From the human T2T-CHM13v2.0 reference genome, Homo sapiens, in assembly GCF_009914755.1 (NCBI RefSeq), contig NC_060936.1: 64,000 bases of DNA, one strand, 5' to 3'. The position numbers and the translations under genes are program-made. The notes beneath the pieces are model-generated. The model saw only the letters and a program-made list of their open reading frames with translations. It was not told the origin of the DNA and did no database searches. Of the stretch, positions 1-14,320 are shown piece by piece (within the stretch, counting starts at the first letter, position 1; every line of letters begins with the position of its first letter).

Positions 1-134
1 ATCAAATGCTATAAGTTTATAGTGACTACTTATAAATGACTTTTGTAAAACTTCTTAGTGATTTTATGTAATATTAGAGGAGATTAGTTCAGGGTCTGCG
101 TGAACCTGGAGGACCTATTATTTATATTAGTGCT

Positions 135-250
135 TCTGAAACTGGGGACTCACTCAGCAGGTTGGAGTGGATCTTGAATTTCTGCATTTCTATCAAGGTC
201 CCAAGTGATATCGATGCTTCTGGTGTTCAGATCACACTTTGAATAAGAAG
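135..250. mobile_element. MER5A-like hAT-Charlie MITE fragment
   Basis: ctgcatttctatcaaggtcccaagtgatatcgatgcttctggt...cacactttga resembles the MER5A end; boundaries approximate. Confidence 0.7.
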
Positions 251-519
251 CAATTTTAAGCCGAAGTTTAAAATAGAAATCAATTAATTGTCTTGCCCTT
301 TTAAGACAGCAACAATAATTTGATTGATTTACTCTTATAATTAAGAGAAATTATTTGGATACTGCATCTAACCGAGACCCAATGCCAACTCAGGATAAGT
401 ATTTACAAAAGTCGAAAGAAGGCAGAGAATTTAAGGCTGTGATTGAAAGCACTGACAGAGTTTGAACTCTGGCTTAACTCTGAGGTGTTTCTTTCTACAT
501 TACAAAGCAGAATCTGCTT

Positions 520-735
520 TATAGTGTGAACTTTGGAGTTAGCAAGACCTGGATTTGAAGCCTGGATCTAAATTTTTTGTTGTTGTGGTATGAACTTAAG
601 TTTTTTTTTAAAAATCTCCTAACCTTTGTTCCCTGATCTGAGTGTCACAGAGTTGCTGTTACGTTAAAAGGGACAACACAAGTAAAATGCTTGAGTGCTG
701 TATATAGTAAGTGCTCAGATATTACCTATTTTGCT
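520..735 (+). mobile_element. MIR SINE
   Basis: tRNA-like head (ggagttagcaagacctggatttgaagcctgg), core, and tail tagtaagtgctcagatattacctatt. Confidence 0.7.
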
Positions 736-2346
736 AGTTGTTATCTTCAATAAGCAAATGAGTCTAGATCCAATTTGTAATTTTTATTGGAGTAAGAAGT
801 CTTGACCAAAAATCTATTAGCTGTAGCCAGTGAGTGAGGTGGTTTTGTGAATATTAGTTTATCACCATCATCATCATCGTATCATTATCAAATAAGAAGC
901 TGATAATTGCACATAAAATACTTTATCTGAAAGAAATTATGTTTATAAAAATTGGATAAATTTTATTTTCAGATTCTTGTAATTGGAAATTGTCTCATTT
1001 AAAATTTTTGGCTGGGATCAAATAAAATTTTTGGCTAGTATCAGTATACAAAATTTTGCCATTGTTACAAACATATAAAGAAAAAAAAGTTTGTCTTTAT
1101 AAAGATTTAGCTGTGTAGTCACCCTAAAGCCTCTGATGAATTCCATAAACATACAGATTAATATTTCATATGTATTCAGCATGTTCCATTTCAGCCTCAA
1201 AAAGTTTTTTTTTTTCCAAATGAGGAGGCATTTGTGCAGTTGTTTGCATCTGTAGAACCCCTAACACTGTATTTATGTAAAATTACACTTCAGGATAATT
1301 GCCTATGTAATTAGCATTCAGGAAGAAATTATTTATTCAGTAGCACATTTCACAATTCAATTTCAGTCTGTGACAAAGAGGCTTTTTAAATGTTAATCTT
1401 ATGAAAGAAAATGGAGCAAATAGTAAAGCCTGTGGATTAATACAAGAGGCAGCTATTTACAGCATAACATTCTCCCTCACTGGGAATTACCTATTTTCTA
1501 CCAGACAGTCTAGGCTTGTTTCAAACTTCACCGGGAAGTAGGGGGTTGAATCTTGTGTTTTGTGCATGTTAGATGGTTTCACATCAGGTGACCAAATAAA
1601 AGAGCAAAATGATTACCAATAATTTTGGTGTTGAAACTTTAAAAGAGACAGAAAGAATAAATACACAGTATGGTGGAGTTTAAAAAATGAAAAAAATAAA
1701 GAGATATGTTTTCTCAGTCTCCATTCTATGGAAATTTTCCATTTTGGATAATAATTTTTTCAAAATTCATGAACAGGATCCACACTTCCCTTCCATCAGC
1801 TAGCTAGTTTTTTCAGTAGCTTACATGTAACATCTCTTGAAAAACACAGGAACTATTCCTGTCACATACCTATGATTGTGGAAACTGGTGGAAGTATGAG
1901 GGAGATAAGAGTAATTAAAAATATTGTCATCTATTATTTGCATTTTTTAATGATTCCTGAATATCATGTTAAAATAAGGTTAAATAATTTGATAAACACC
2001 CAACAGAACATAATAACTTTTGGGAAAGTAATTTTCTAGCCATACATGTGATAGGAGATTAAAACTTTCTTTCTCTTTAATTACTCTGAGATAGAATTTA
2101 AGAGTTTGAATTTATTTAAAAGTAAATGTATAAATACCCATTTAGAAAGATTATTGATGTTGATACACAGAATGAGATAACATATATTTTTGTTTAATCA
2201 TAAAATAAAACTTTGTTGTCATTGTCACTACCTTAGTCTACATTACCAAGACCTCTCATTTGTACTATTGCACCAGCCTTCTTATGGAGGTCCTTGTTTT
2301 TACACTTGCCCAATTGCCTGTAGAGCACCCAGAATGAACTTAAAAA

Positions 2347-4495
2347 CAATTCGACTTTTATTTTAGATTTGGGGGGTACATGTGGAGGTTTGTTACCTGG
2401 GTGATGCTGAGGTTTGGGGTACTGAGCATGATACCCAATAGTTTTTCAAATCTTTCCCCCCTCCTTTCCCCTGCTAGTAGTCCTGTTGTTGCCATCTTTA
2501 TGTCCATGAGTACCCATTGTTTAGCTCCCACTTGTAAGTGACAACATGCAGTAGTTGGCTTTCTGTTCCTGTGTTAATTTACTTAGGATAATAGCCTCCA
2601 GCTGAATCCACATTGCTGCGAAGGACATGATTCCATTCCTTTTTATGACTACATAGTATTCCATAATGTATATGTACCACGTTTTCTTTATACAGTCCAC
2701 CATTGATGGGTGTTTAGATTGACTCTATGTCTTTGCTATTGTGAATAGTGCTGCTACGAGTGGATGTGTCTTTTTGGTAGAACAATTTATTTTCTTTTGG
2801 ATACATACCCAGTAATGGCATTACTAGGTGTATTAAACTGTTCTCATGTTGCTATGAAGAAATACCTGAGACTGGGTATTTTATAAAGAAAAGAAGTTTA
2901 ATTGGCTCACAGTTCTGCAGGGCTGGGGTGGCCTCAGGAAACTTACAATCATGGTGGAAGGGGAAGCAAACATGTCCTTCTTCACATGGCAACAGGAAGG
3001 AGAAATGCCAAGCAAACGGGGAAAAGCCCCTCATAAAACCATCAGATCCTGTGAGAACTTGCTCACTATAATGAGAATAGCATGAAGGTAACCACTCCCA
3101 CGATTCAATTACATCCCACTGAGTCCATCCCACGACACGCGGGGATTATGGGAACTACAATTTAAGATAAGATTTGGGTGGGGACACAACCAAACCACAT
3201 CACTGTGTCAAAGGGTAGTTCTGTTTTAAATTCTTTAAGAAATCTCTAAACTGCTTTCCACAGTGTCTGAAATAATTTACATTCCCACCAGCAGTGAGTC
3301 AACCTTCCCTTTTCTTCACAGCTTCACTAGCATCTGTTGTTTTTTGACGTTTTGATAGTAGCCATTCTGACTGATGAGAGGTGGTATCTCATTGTGGTTT
3401 TGCTTTGCACTTCTCTGATGATTAGTGATGTGGAACATTTTTTCATATTGTTGGCCACTTGTATGTCTTATTTGAGAAGTGTCTGTTCATGTCTTTTGAC
3501 CATTTTTCAATGAGGTTGTTTGTTTTTTGCTTGTTTTTGTTCCTTATAGATTCTGGATATTAAACTTTTGTCAGATTCAGTTTGCAAATTGTAGGTTGTC
3601 TGTTTACTCTGTCAATAGTTTCTTTTGCTGTGCAGAAGCTCTTTAGTTTAATGAGGTCCCACTTGTCAATTTTTGTTTTTGTCATAATTGCTTTTGAGGA
3701 TCTAGTTATAAATTATTTCCCAAGGCTGATGTCTAGAATGGTGTTTCCTGGGTTTTCTTCTAGGATTCTTATTGTGTGAGGTCTTTCATTTAAATCTTTA
3801 ATCAATCTTGAGTTAATTTTTGTATATAAGGTGAAAGGTATGGGTCCAGTTTCGTTCTTCTGCATATGGCTAGCCAGCTATCCAAGCACCATTTATTGAA
3901 TAGGGAGTGCTTTTCCCATTGCTATTTTTGTCGACTTTGTCAAGGATCAGATGGCTGTAGGTGTGCAGCTTTATCTTTGGGCTCTATATTCCATTTCATT
4001 GGTCTATGTATCTGTTTCTGTACCAGTACCATGTTGTATTGGTTATTGTAGCCATACGGTATAGTTTGAAGTCATGTAATGTGATGCCTCTCACTTTGTT
4101 CTTTTTGCTTAGGCTTGCTTTGGCTATTCAGGCTCTTTTTTGGTTCCATATGAATTTTAGGATAGCTTTCTAGCTCCATGAAGAATGATATTGGTAGCTT
4201 GATAGGAATAGCATTGAACTTGTAGATTATTTTGGGCAATACAGCCATTTTAACAATATTGAATCTTCCAATCCATGAGCATAGAATGTTTTTTCATTTT
4301 TTATGTCATCTATGGTTTCTTTCAGCAGTGTTTTGTAGTTCTCCTTTGTATAGAGCTTTCACCTCCTTTGTTAGATGTATTCTTAGGTATTTTATTTTTA
4401 CTTTTTTGTAGCTATTGTAGATGGGATTGTATTCTTTATTTGGCTCTCAGCTTGAACATTATTTGTGTACAGAAATGCTACTGCTTTTTGTTCAT
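2347..4495 (-). mobile_element. 5'-truncated old primate L1 (L1PA15/16 or L1PB-like), 3' UTR plus ORF2 C-terminal region, split by a THE1 LTR
   Basis: Antisense L1 3' end (ttttagatttggggggtacatgtggagg...); ORF 2521-2703 resembles the ORF2 C-terminus; degenerate TSD agaatgaact(c)ttaaaa at 2331-2345 and 4496-4512. Confidence 0.9.
2829..3202 (-). mobile_element. THE1C-like solo LTR (ERVL-MaLR)
   Basis: tgtatta...caaaccacatca termini; THE1C-type internal text; degenerate 5-bp TSD ctagg/ctgtg (both one change from the L1 ctggg). Confidence 0.9.
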
Positions 4496-4599
4496 AGAAT
4501 GAACTCTTAAAACTTCACTTTGATTATATCCACAGGTTCCCACCACCACATCTTTTCACCTACTTATACCTATGCCATTTTAACCACTTTTCCTTTCTT

Positions 4600-5815
4600 C
4601 CTATTATTTTGAATAAACTCATTATTATTTCATCCAAGGCTAACCCTCCACTTGTGTGTGATATGCCATCTCCTCTTACTTACTAAGTTGTACCAGTCCA
4701 GATGCCCTCTTGCTCTCTCTAGTTTCATCACTTTTTCCCTTTCCATTGTATCATATTTATGATGATATCTATCCAAATCTCCCTCCAGATATTGCCCCAT
4801 TTTTTGCCCCCTTTTACAAAAAAGTCCTCTAAATAGTAATTTATCCTAATTTCCTCCAATTCTTCCATTCTCCCTGAGCCCACTCCAATCAGATCAGTCA
4901 CCATTATTATTTTATTGAAGCTGTTTTAATCAGAGTTTTCCAGTGACCTCCACATTGCAAAATTCAACAGTCAATATTTAGCCTCATTTTTAACTTGAGT
5001 TGTAGCCCCATTTGGCACAAATGATCATTCTTTACTCCTTGAAACACTATCTTTAGTAAGCTGCTGTGCCATCACAATTTCCATTTTCTTCCTACCTCAT
5101 TGGTAGCTCCTTCTCAGATTTTCTTATACATGCTCATGGCGTGTTTCCTCACTTCCTTCAGGTCTTTGCTCAAGTATCACATCGCAGTGAAGCCTTCCCA
5201 TTCTACTCCATTTAAAATGGCAACCCACAATGGTACTTTCTTTCTTGGCTTTATAGCACCCACATTGCCATCCACATACAATATGCTTCACTTATTTATT
5301 TACTGGATAGCTGACTCCTTCACTAGAATGGTAGCTTCATGAGAGCAAAGGATTTGTCTAATTTTTTATGGCTATACTTCTTGTTACAAAGCAGGGTTTG
5401 ATACATAGCTGATGATAATTAAGTTTATTAATTGAGTGAGCAGATGTAACTCTTTTGCTTAAAACTTTTAAATGGTTTATTTTTGGACTTAAGGTAAAAT
5501 CTGAAATGTTTACTATGGCCCATAAGTTCTGGGTGATCTACTCATTCCTTCCTCTCTAACTTCTTGTGTTCCTCTCTTTCTTGTTTCTACTTTGAGTTCC
5601 TAGAAGACACCAAACTTTCTTCTGCCTCAGGGTCTTGATATTGTTCCCTATTCCAGGAACACCATTTCCTCCTTTGTGTATCTGGATCCTGCTTACACTT
5701 TAGGTATGGGATTAATAATTACCTCCTCAAAGAGGCCTTCCCTGGCCATCATATTTTCTAGGTATTCCTCTATTATTCTCTATTATCGTACCCTATATGC
5801 TTTATTCATATCTCT
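4600..5815 (+). mobile_element. L2 fragments (two or more pieces including a 3' end)
   Basis: L2 motifs such as cagtgacctccacattgcaaaattcaa, cacttccttcaggtctttgctcaag, cactagaatggtagcttcatgagagcaaagg. Confidence 0.7.
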
Positions 5816-5829
5816 GAGTTCTGATTACA

Positions 5830-6250
5830 TCTTTTATTTTTAAAATTGAATATAATGCACATGCCCATACTCAATAGCAGTCACTTCCTCATTTTCCCCT
5901 CCTTGTGGTTCCTAGCCAACATGAATTTACTTTCTGTCTCTGTGGCATTGCCTTTTTAGGACATTTCTTATAAATAGAATCATATAATATGTGACATTTT
6001 GTGTCTGGCTTCTTTCACTTATCATAATGTTTTCAAGATTCATTCATCTTATAGCATGTATCAATACTTCATTCCTTTTATGATAAATAATATTGTATTG
6101 TATGAATATACCACATTTTTTAATCCATTCATCAGTTGATGGACATTTGGGTTGTTTTTCCTTTTTTGGCTATTAAGATACTCTTATGAACAATTATGTA
6201 CAAGTTTTGGTGGGATATATATTTTCATTTCTCTTGTGTGTATACAATTT
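5830..6250 (-). mobile_element. L1MB-type 3' end fragment inserted in L2
   Basis: ggacatttcttataaatagaatcatataatatgtgacattttgtgtctggcttctttcactta, typical antisense L1M 3' UTR. Confidence 0.8.
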
Positions 6251-6259
6251 TAAATTATA

Positions 6260-6420
6260 TGTTTATCTGCTTGTTCCTTTTTTAATTGTCAATTTTAAAA
6301 TAAGGATATGCTTTATGAGGACAGGGATTATACTATATTGTTCACTTCTGTAATAATTCCTCAGTATCTAGAACAATTTTTGGCCCACAGCAAGCACTCA
6401 ATATATATTTGTTGAATAAT
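6260..6420 (+). mobile_element. L2 3' terminus
   Basis: gctttatgaggacaggga...gcactcaatatatatttgttgaataa. Confidence 0.7.
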
Positions 6421-6504
6421 AAAGGCTTGCAGGTACACCATATACGGCCTGCTTTTTTAACTCATGGTTCAATGGATAGGTTAGCATTTTATAGTGAACT
6501 TTTG

Positions 6505-6650
6505 TTTTGTAGGAGCACTGGATTCTAAGCTAGAACACCTGGCTAAAAAGTTCTTCCTGTCTGAACTAGATATGTGGCTTTGGGCAAATTCTTAATATCT
6601 GTGGGCCTTTCTTATTTTCTCATTTGTAAAATGGAAAGATTGCAGTAGAT
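6505..6650 (+). mobile_element. MIR/MIR3 fragment
   Basis: tgtggctttgggcaaattcttaa...ttttctcatttgtaaaatgg core. Confidence 0.6.
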
Positions 6651-6684
6651 CAGATATTTTCCAAATACTTTCTGTCAAGGTGAG

Positions 6685-6856
6685 TGTATTAGTCTATTTT
6701 CACATTGCAATAAAGATACAACCTGAGACTGGGCAAATTATAAACAAAGCAGGTTTAATTGACTCACAGTTCTGCATGGCTGGTGAGGCCTCAGGAAACT
6801 TACAATCATGGCAGAAGGTGAAGGGGGAGCAGGCACGTCTTACCATGGTGAAGCAG

Positions 6857-6888
<32 letters not shown>

Positions 6889-7080
6889 GAGAGAGAATGA
6901 GGCAGGAACTGCCACACACTTTTAAATCAGATCTCGTGAGAACACACTCACTATCATGAGAATAGCATGGGGAAAATCCATCCCTATGATCTAATCATCT
7001 CCCACCAGGTCCCTCTCCCAACATGGGGAATTACAATCCAACATGAAATTTGGGTGAGGACATAGAACCAAACCATAGCA
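6685..7080 (-). mobile_element. THE1D-like solo LTR with internal (GA)n expansion
   Basis: tgtattagtc...aaaccatagca termini; perfect 5-bp TSD gtgag at 6680-6684 and 7081-7085; (GA)n ~6857-6896. Confidence 0.92.
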
Positions 7081-8679
7081 GTGAGTGTGAGGTTGCCTCA
7101 GTCACCATCCCTTTCCTTTGACTGGAGTGACTCTGTGCTTAGAGTAACAGGCTTCTATATATTATTTCATTTAAAATCACCATAGGAGGTATGTCAGAGC
7201 TTAAAAAAAAACAGCTTAAATATTCACTGGACACAACAGAGGTAGGTCAAGCTGCACTCAGCTCTAACTTCCTGTAATTATAAGTGCATTTGGAAATAAA
7301 AGGAAAGAGGGACAGGTAGAGTGCCAATGACTAGGAGGAGAGTTATCAGGTACTACCTGGATAGAGCCTGTTGGGCTGGTGAAACTACCTGGAAACTATT
7401 GATGCCAACCTGTGGTAGCATGTTGAAGGGTCAAAGAAAAGACCACATGGAGGATGAGAATATGATATAGATTGGAGCTAGAATTTGAAAAGCTGTAGAT
7501 GCCGAGTAATATTTGTGCCCTAACACTCCTACAAACATTAAAGAGCTACTGTGGTGGTTTAAACAGGTGACATGATAAAAAGGGAAGGAAGATAAAGACA
7601 TAGTAAACTAGTATGCCACTCCAGCAACTGAGATAGGCTTTCAAGAGGCAGGTAATTTGAGTAAGTTGCTTTGTTCATTATTCATTCAGTGAATTAGGGG
7701 CTTGCCATTTAGTTCTTGCATTATGTGAAGATTCTTCTGGTCTCTATATACCAGTGCATTTTGATTAGGAAGCTCACACTATTTTCATGTTTGGATCCTA
7801 GTATGAATTTAAATTCTAAAGGGCTAGCTTGTTTGAGGTTTCTTTTCCTTTGTGTTAAATTTGGTCAATTGTGAAATTAGCTTGAACTCTTTAGAGTCCC
7901 TTTAGTGGTTATATGCATGTGTAAATATTTTAGTGGGGATGTATGTGTGTCTCCCAGCTGAATGTAGGGTACAACTGAGTAGTTTTACAGAGTTCTAAGA
8001 TATTCCTCAAGTGAATAAATAGTGACTAAAGAGTCTTTTTATTTCTTGCATATTGATGGATGGAGATTTATTTCCAATTGACTGTGTTCCTCCAGTGGAA
8101 TAAGAACAGTGTCAGTCGCAATCCATTAAGCTGACATCTCTTGTAATTGAAAGCCAAACAGGTTTGTGTAGTATAGTAAGGATTGTTTGTGGATTTGTGG
8201 ATGTATTGAGGAGAGGGAAGGTGAGATAGAAAAGATAGTGAGGAGGAAAGTCTGTAAATATAATGTTCAAACCTCAGTTTATTTAAGGAACGTGAAGTCT
8301 ATCATAAGAGGGCTCCATTTAGTAAGTCATCCAAAAGATGTGTGTTAGAATAAACACCTGTTGACTGAGAAAACTGGTATCTCATCTTGAGTTATGTTTT
8401 CTACAAAAATTTTTTTTGATAATGGTTTATATTATTATGAAGTCAGAAAACATGTTTTCTGAGCATAAGTGGCGAGTATTGACTGTTGGGAAACAAATAA
8501 AAATTACAAAGTTTGCTTTTGTGGCTGGATTGGGACATGCAGGGAGTTAAAAGGAGATATAATGAAGAAAAAACTTTTAGGGTTCAGGTTTTATTGTTAA
8601 CACCTAGTAGAACAATGAAGAGGCAGTCTTGCAAATTTGCAGTCTAGATCAAGCTGAAGGTACTGATTAACTTCGCCAT

Positions 8680-9135
8680 TTGTACAGCTTGTCCTGCTTG
8701 TAAGGGTCTGGTTGTCTAGTAGAGAAAACAAAAAAGTAAACAAGCTTATATAATACAGATAGGGCTAATTGTACAGCTTGTTTATAAGTGTGCAAAGGCA
8801 GGGCACCTAAACCAATCTTGTTGGTGTGGGGTCAGGGAAGCATTTGGGAATAGCTGTGAGCTAAACTGAGCCTTAGCAAGAGGTCTGGAGTAGGACAGTG
8901 ATACAGGAAGATTTCCTAATAGAGGTAGCAGCAGGTAAAAATTGCTAGGGGTAAAATTCTGGAGTACTATATGTCATTAACTGTGTTAGTTTAGTTAGCT
9001 TAGTATTCCTGGAGGTCTCTTTGATCTCTCTAGGAGATCTCTCCTGGAGTAGAACTAGGGAAGAATGGAAAGAGATGCAATTGAAGTAGGGATCAGATCA
9101 TGGAGTCTTCATAAACCAGGTTAAGGAATTTCAGT
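8680..9135 (-). mobile_element. Diverged L2 fragment
   Basis: gtcagggaagcatttggg...aaactgagcctt...gatcagatcatggagtcttcataaaccaggttaaggaattt. Confidence 0.55.
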
Positions 9136-9505
9136 CAGTGAAATAAAAATAATTAAAGGATAAAAAGAAATTGCCACAGCTGGAACCAATAACAGAGTTG
9201 TAAGATCCAAATCCAATAGCTTATACTTATTATAGATTTTTTTTGGGAAAATTTTAGGGAGGCAGAGAGATATCAAAAAAATAAAGTAGAAAATTGGAAT
9301 AAGGAGAGATAAATATTTTTGGCTAAGATTTTGAAGTTTGGTTATACCCTAATTTAGCCTAACTCTGTTAAGCTTCTAGTCAATTTCATGTACTGCCCCT
9401 ACACAAGAGGTGACTTGAGGACCCCTCTAGGCTCCAGACCCTCTGAGAAGAGTCATAACAGGGATCACCTCAAATACTTGTAGGAGTGAAGTAGTTAACC
9501 TAATG

Positions 9506-9635
9506 GAGTGAAGCATGCTGGGAGGTGATAAAACATGCTGGGAGGGCAGTGAAGTATGCTGGGAAGGGAGTAAAGCATGCTGGGAGGTGAGTGAAGCATG
9601 CTGGGAGGGAAACACAGGAGGGAAATGAAGCATGC
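9506..9635. repeat. Minisatellite, ~21-bp unit gagtgaagcatgctgggagg(t/g), about 5 copies plus a partial
   Basis: Directly visible; explains the PSQH-repeat ORF 9427-9654. Confidence 0.9.
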
Positions 9636-10089
9636 CGATCCAAGCATGTGCCATTAAAGGAAGCAGCAGTTATTAGGCCAGCTGATGGCTAGTAACCCTG
9701 CTCTGGTGTTGCCACATCTTCTGCTTTTTCAAATATTGACAACTGGCTAAAATGTCCTCTGGTCTCTGTCTTTGCTTATGTCATAGCCACATCCTGTCAT
9801 TTATGTTGTTAGACTCATAAAACTATGGAAGCTACTACCAAAATTTTCATTAAGAAATAATCAACAGTTCATAAAGTTTCCATTTTTAGTAATTCCAGAA
9901 CTCTGTCTTATTAATTTTGAGTGCAAATATAAAATGCAGAGTGGATGAGATATTTGTACTGGCCTCAACAGTACTGTCTCTTTCGGCAAGAACCTATATG
10001 GGAAGCCAGTTAATCATGATGGTTGCTTGGTGAGATGACTGAAATCAGATTTTGATTTTAATTTGCATCCAACTCCATGGTAGGTCTTA

Positions 10090-10610
10090 GATGTGCCTGG
10101 GTTCTTGTTTCTTTGCTGCTAGGATTCCCCTTTGGTCTATCAGTGAGATCCCTTGTCCTCTGGTTTCCTGTTTCTGGCCAGTGGGGAGCCTTGACAGGAG
10201 ATCTGAGGAAAGGAGAGTAAGGTCATGTATTTATTCATTTAGATGCCTCAGGGAGAAAGCACATTACAGAGTTGTTGAGAAGTTTCAATAATATGAATTT
10301 GGCATAGTCCCTGGTATGTACACTCTCAAAAATACTTTTCTAAATTAATTTTTGTTTTTATAAGAGTAATTAATATAGCTTAGAAAGTCAAACACTATTT
10401 TCCTATTTCTACTGTGGGAAGCTGGTGTCCCTTTGGGCCTAAGATTGGTTTTAGCTTCACTTCTTCTAGTTCGATATTTCTGCATTATCCTTTCTGGCTC
10501 GCTATCTCCACTTGGAACATTAAAATGAATTTCTTTTTATATAAACCCTCCTGGAATTATTCTAATGTGAATGTGCCATCCACTTCCTGTGGGAATCTTG
10601 ACCATTCAAT
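10090..10610 (+). mobile_element. LTR33-like ERVL LTR remnant (interrupted)
   Basis: ccttgtcctctggtttcctgtttctggccagtggggagcc...aaggtcatgtatttattc and terminal tgaatgtgccatccacttcctgtgggaatcttgac. Confidence 0.55.
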
Positions 10611-11044
10611 ACTTGAAACCATTATCTTCTCTAAGTCCCATTTCAGGCAGAGCAGTCCTGACATGCAATTCGGAATATACCACTTCCCTTCTAAATAGTC
10701 TATGTATGTCCATTAGGTTAGACATTTGTTAATTGTATCATTTAGAATCTTTTATTCTAATAAAATGTTTATTTATCTATATTATTACATTTCTGAATAC
10801 TCCATTTGGTTCTTTTTTTATGTTTCCCATTGCTTTGTTACAGTGTTTAGATTTTTCCTTTGGGTTTCAGCTATTTAATATTTTTATTATTTTAAACATA
10901 TTTTATATGTTTTAAAATTTTATTTCTGTAATCTCAAGTTTTCATAGTTCCAATCCTACTGTTTTTAAGTTTGCTATCTCTTACACATAGTGAACTATTA
11001 TGTCTTTTATAATGCTTATTGCTAGTTCATCTTTGTGTGTGTAT

Positions 11045-11095
11045 GAGAGAGAAAGAGAAAGAGAGATAGAGAGAGAGAGAGAGGAGAGACAGAGA
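11045..11095. repeat. (GA)n microsatellite
   Basis: gagagagaaagagaaagagagatagagagag... Confidence 0.9.
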
Positions 11096-11103
11096 ATGGT
11101 CTA

Positions 11104-11463
<360 letters not shown>

Positions 11464-12149
11464 TCATTTATTTAAGAAGCCCTAGGAATATCAAAAGTCT
11501 GAACCTATTTTATGTTATTTTATATTTATTGGCTCTGAGGTTCTGAACACCACACACCAGCACAGGCCTATTTTTTGGTGTGTGATATTTCTAATAAACT
11601 TTCTTAGTTGTTTACTAACTTGGAGCTCAGGAAGAGTTAAAGTCAATTACCATCTGCCTGTACTAGTGGACAAATTTTTTCTATTATACCCCTAAGTGAT
11701 CATGAAACCCTAAGACCCTGGGTTTATGAGGATATCTCGGTTGCAAGTCTCCACATACATAGGCCAGACACATTCTTTTTCCCTTGTGTGTGTCAGGTCC
11801 TAAAATAGTTTAGTAAGATTAGCTGCTCTCCCTTTGACCCATCCCCGCTTTCCCAATCATAGCATCGGCTTATGTCATTATATGGTGGTTTGAGGATCTC
11901 CATATTACTACATGGTAGTTTAGGGGAATCTTGTTTGGCACCTGATTATTTCACTTGATTTTTTTCTGAGTTTAGTAATGCATTTCAAGAATGTTAAATT
12001 ACAGCCAGATATCTTAGGATTTGCTGTGGGAGGGTTTCAGGTTATCAAGTCTGTTATATTTTTTGAACCATACACTCTTGAATTGACTCACTGGTCTTCT
12101 CAGTCTTTCTTTTCTAGCAAAGTAGCCATATAATTGGTAGATTCAATAG

Positions 12150-12600
12150 CATGTTTCTATTTTCCTCCTACATGGCTGTTGCAGCATTTGATACTCTCGT
12201 CCACATTTTCCTTCATCTAATACCCTATCTCTTTGCTTCCACGGTATTTCTCACTTCTGACTCACCTTCAGTCTCTCAATTTACCTGAATCTTCTCCTAT
12301 CCACCCCTCCATTGCTGTGCTTCCTGTTATTTTTTTCTATATAAATTATCTCTTTTCTCTTACACATTCTCCCTGGGTGATTATATAAAATCATAAATTA
12401 AGCAATCACTTTTTGTTTGATGCCTCCCTGTGTTTTTCCTACTAGTCAAATTCTTTCCTGAGGTCAAAACTCCTAACTTAATTGATTAATTATTTCCAGC
12501 TGATGTCCCTTAGGCATCTCAAACATGTCCAAATTTAAATTCATTACTTTTCTTGCAATTTCTTCCCACTTTTCTATTTAAATTCTCAGTATCATTGTCA
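12150..12600 (+). mobile_element. L2 fragment
   Basis: gcagcatttgatact, ctccctgggtgat, gatgtcccttaggcatctcaaacatgtccaaa. Confidence 0.65.
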
Positions 12601-13274
12601 AATTAGAAAGGAATAAGATTGGGTCTTTAAGGTCAATAACTATCTTTGAATAAAAGACTTTGATAATACCAAAATGTATGCTTATATATATCGGAAACTA
12701 TATAATGAGCTTCCTATATACTTTTTTTCCTCACTAGTATTTTCAGTGTTTATGTTTATTGGGTTGAGTTGCTTTGTCCTATGTCAGGCCATGAAAAACA
12801 GCTGTTCAAAGTTTAAAGGCAAAAAGGTCAAGATTAAGTGGATTTGCCATCTTTATTTCTCTTCACACTTTCTAGGAAGGGTGCTAAATAAACTATGATG
12901 TATAATATTTTTACAATGAGGACATAAAATAACATTGTATGCTGGTAAAATAGCTGTAAATTGTTACAGATAATGGAAAAGATGTTATTGTCCTTTCAAG
13001 GAACTTGTTTGATAAATGATCTGAGCTAATCCCTCCATAGCGTATGTTTCAGCCACTCAGACTGCTTATTCCTCAAACAATCCATGAACTTCCACTTTGG
13101 GTCTTTGTTCATGCTTTTTCATGCCCTTTGGTACACCAAAATTTTACTCACTATTGAAAACTCAGGTCAAATGCTGCCACGGCTCTGAAGCTATAATCCT
13201 CTGAATTAGAATTAATACTCTTCCCTGCACCCTTCCCTTCGTGTACCAAAGCACTGTTTTTTTTTTTTTTGAGA

Positions 13275-14320
<1,046 letters not shown>

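Noticed and set aside
9028-9049. Small palindrome ctctaggaga-tc-tctcctggag (also tgcaaatttgca near 8630 and a 13-bp direct repeat near 41746)
   Set aside because: Short enough to arise by chance in 64 kb
9506-9635. Repeat array considered as CRISPR-like
   Set aside because: No unique spacers, eukaryotic context, no cas genes; it is a simple minisatellite
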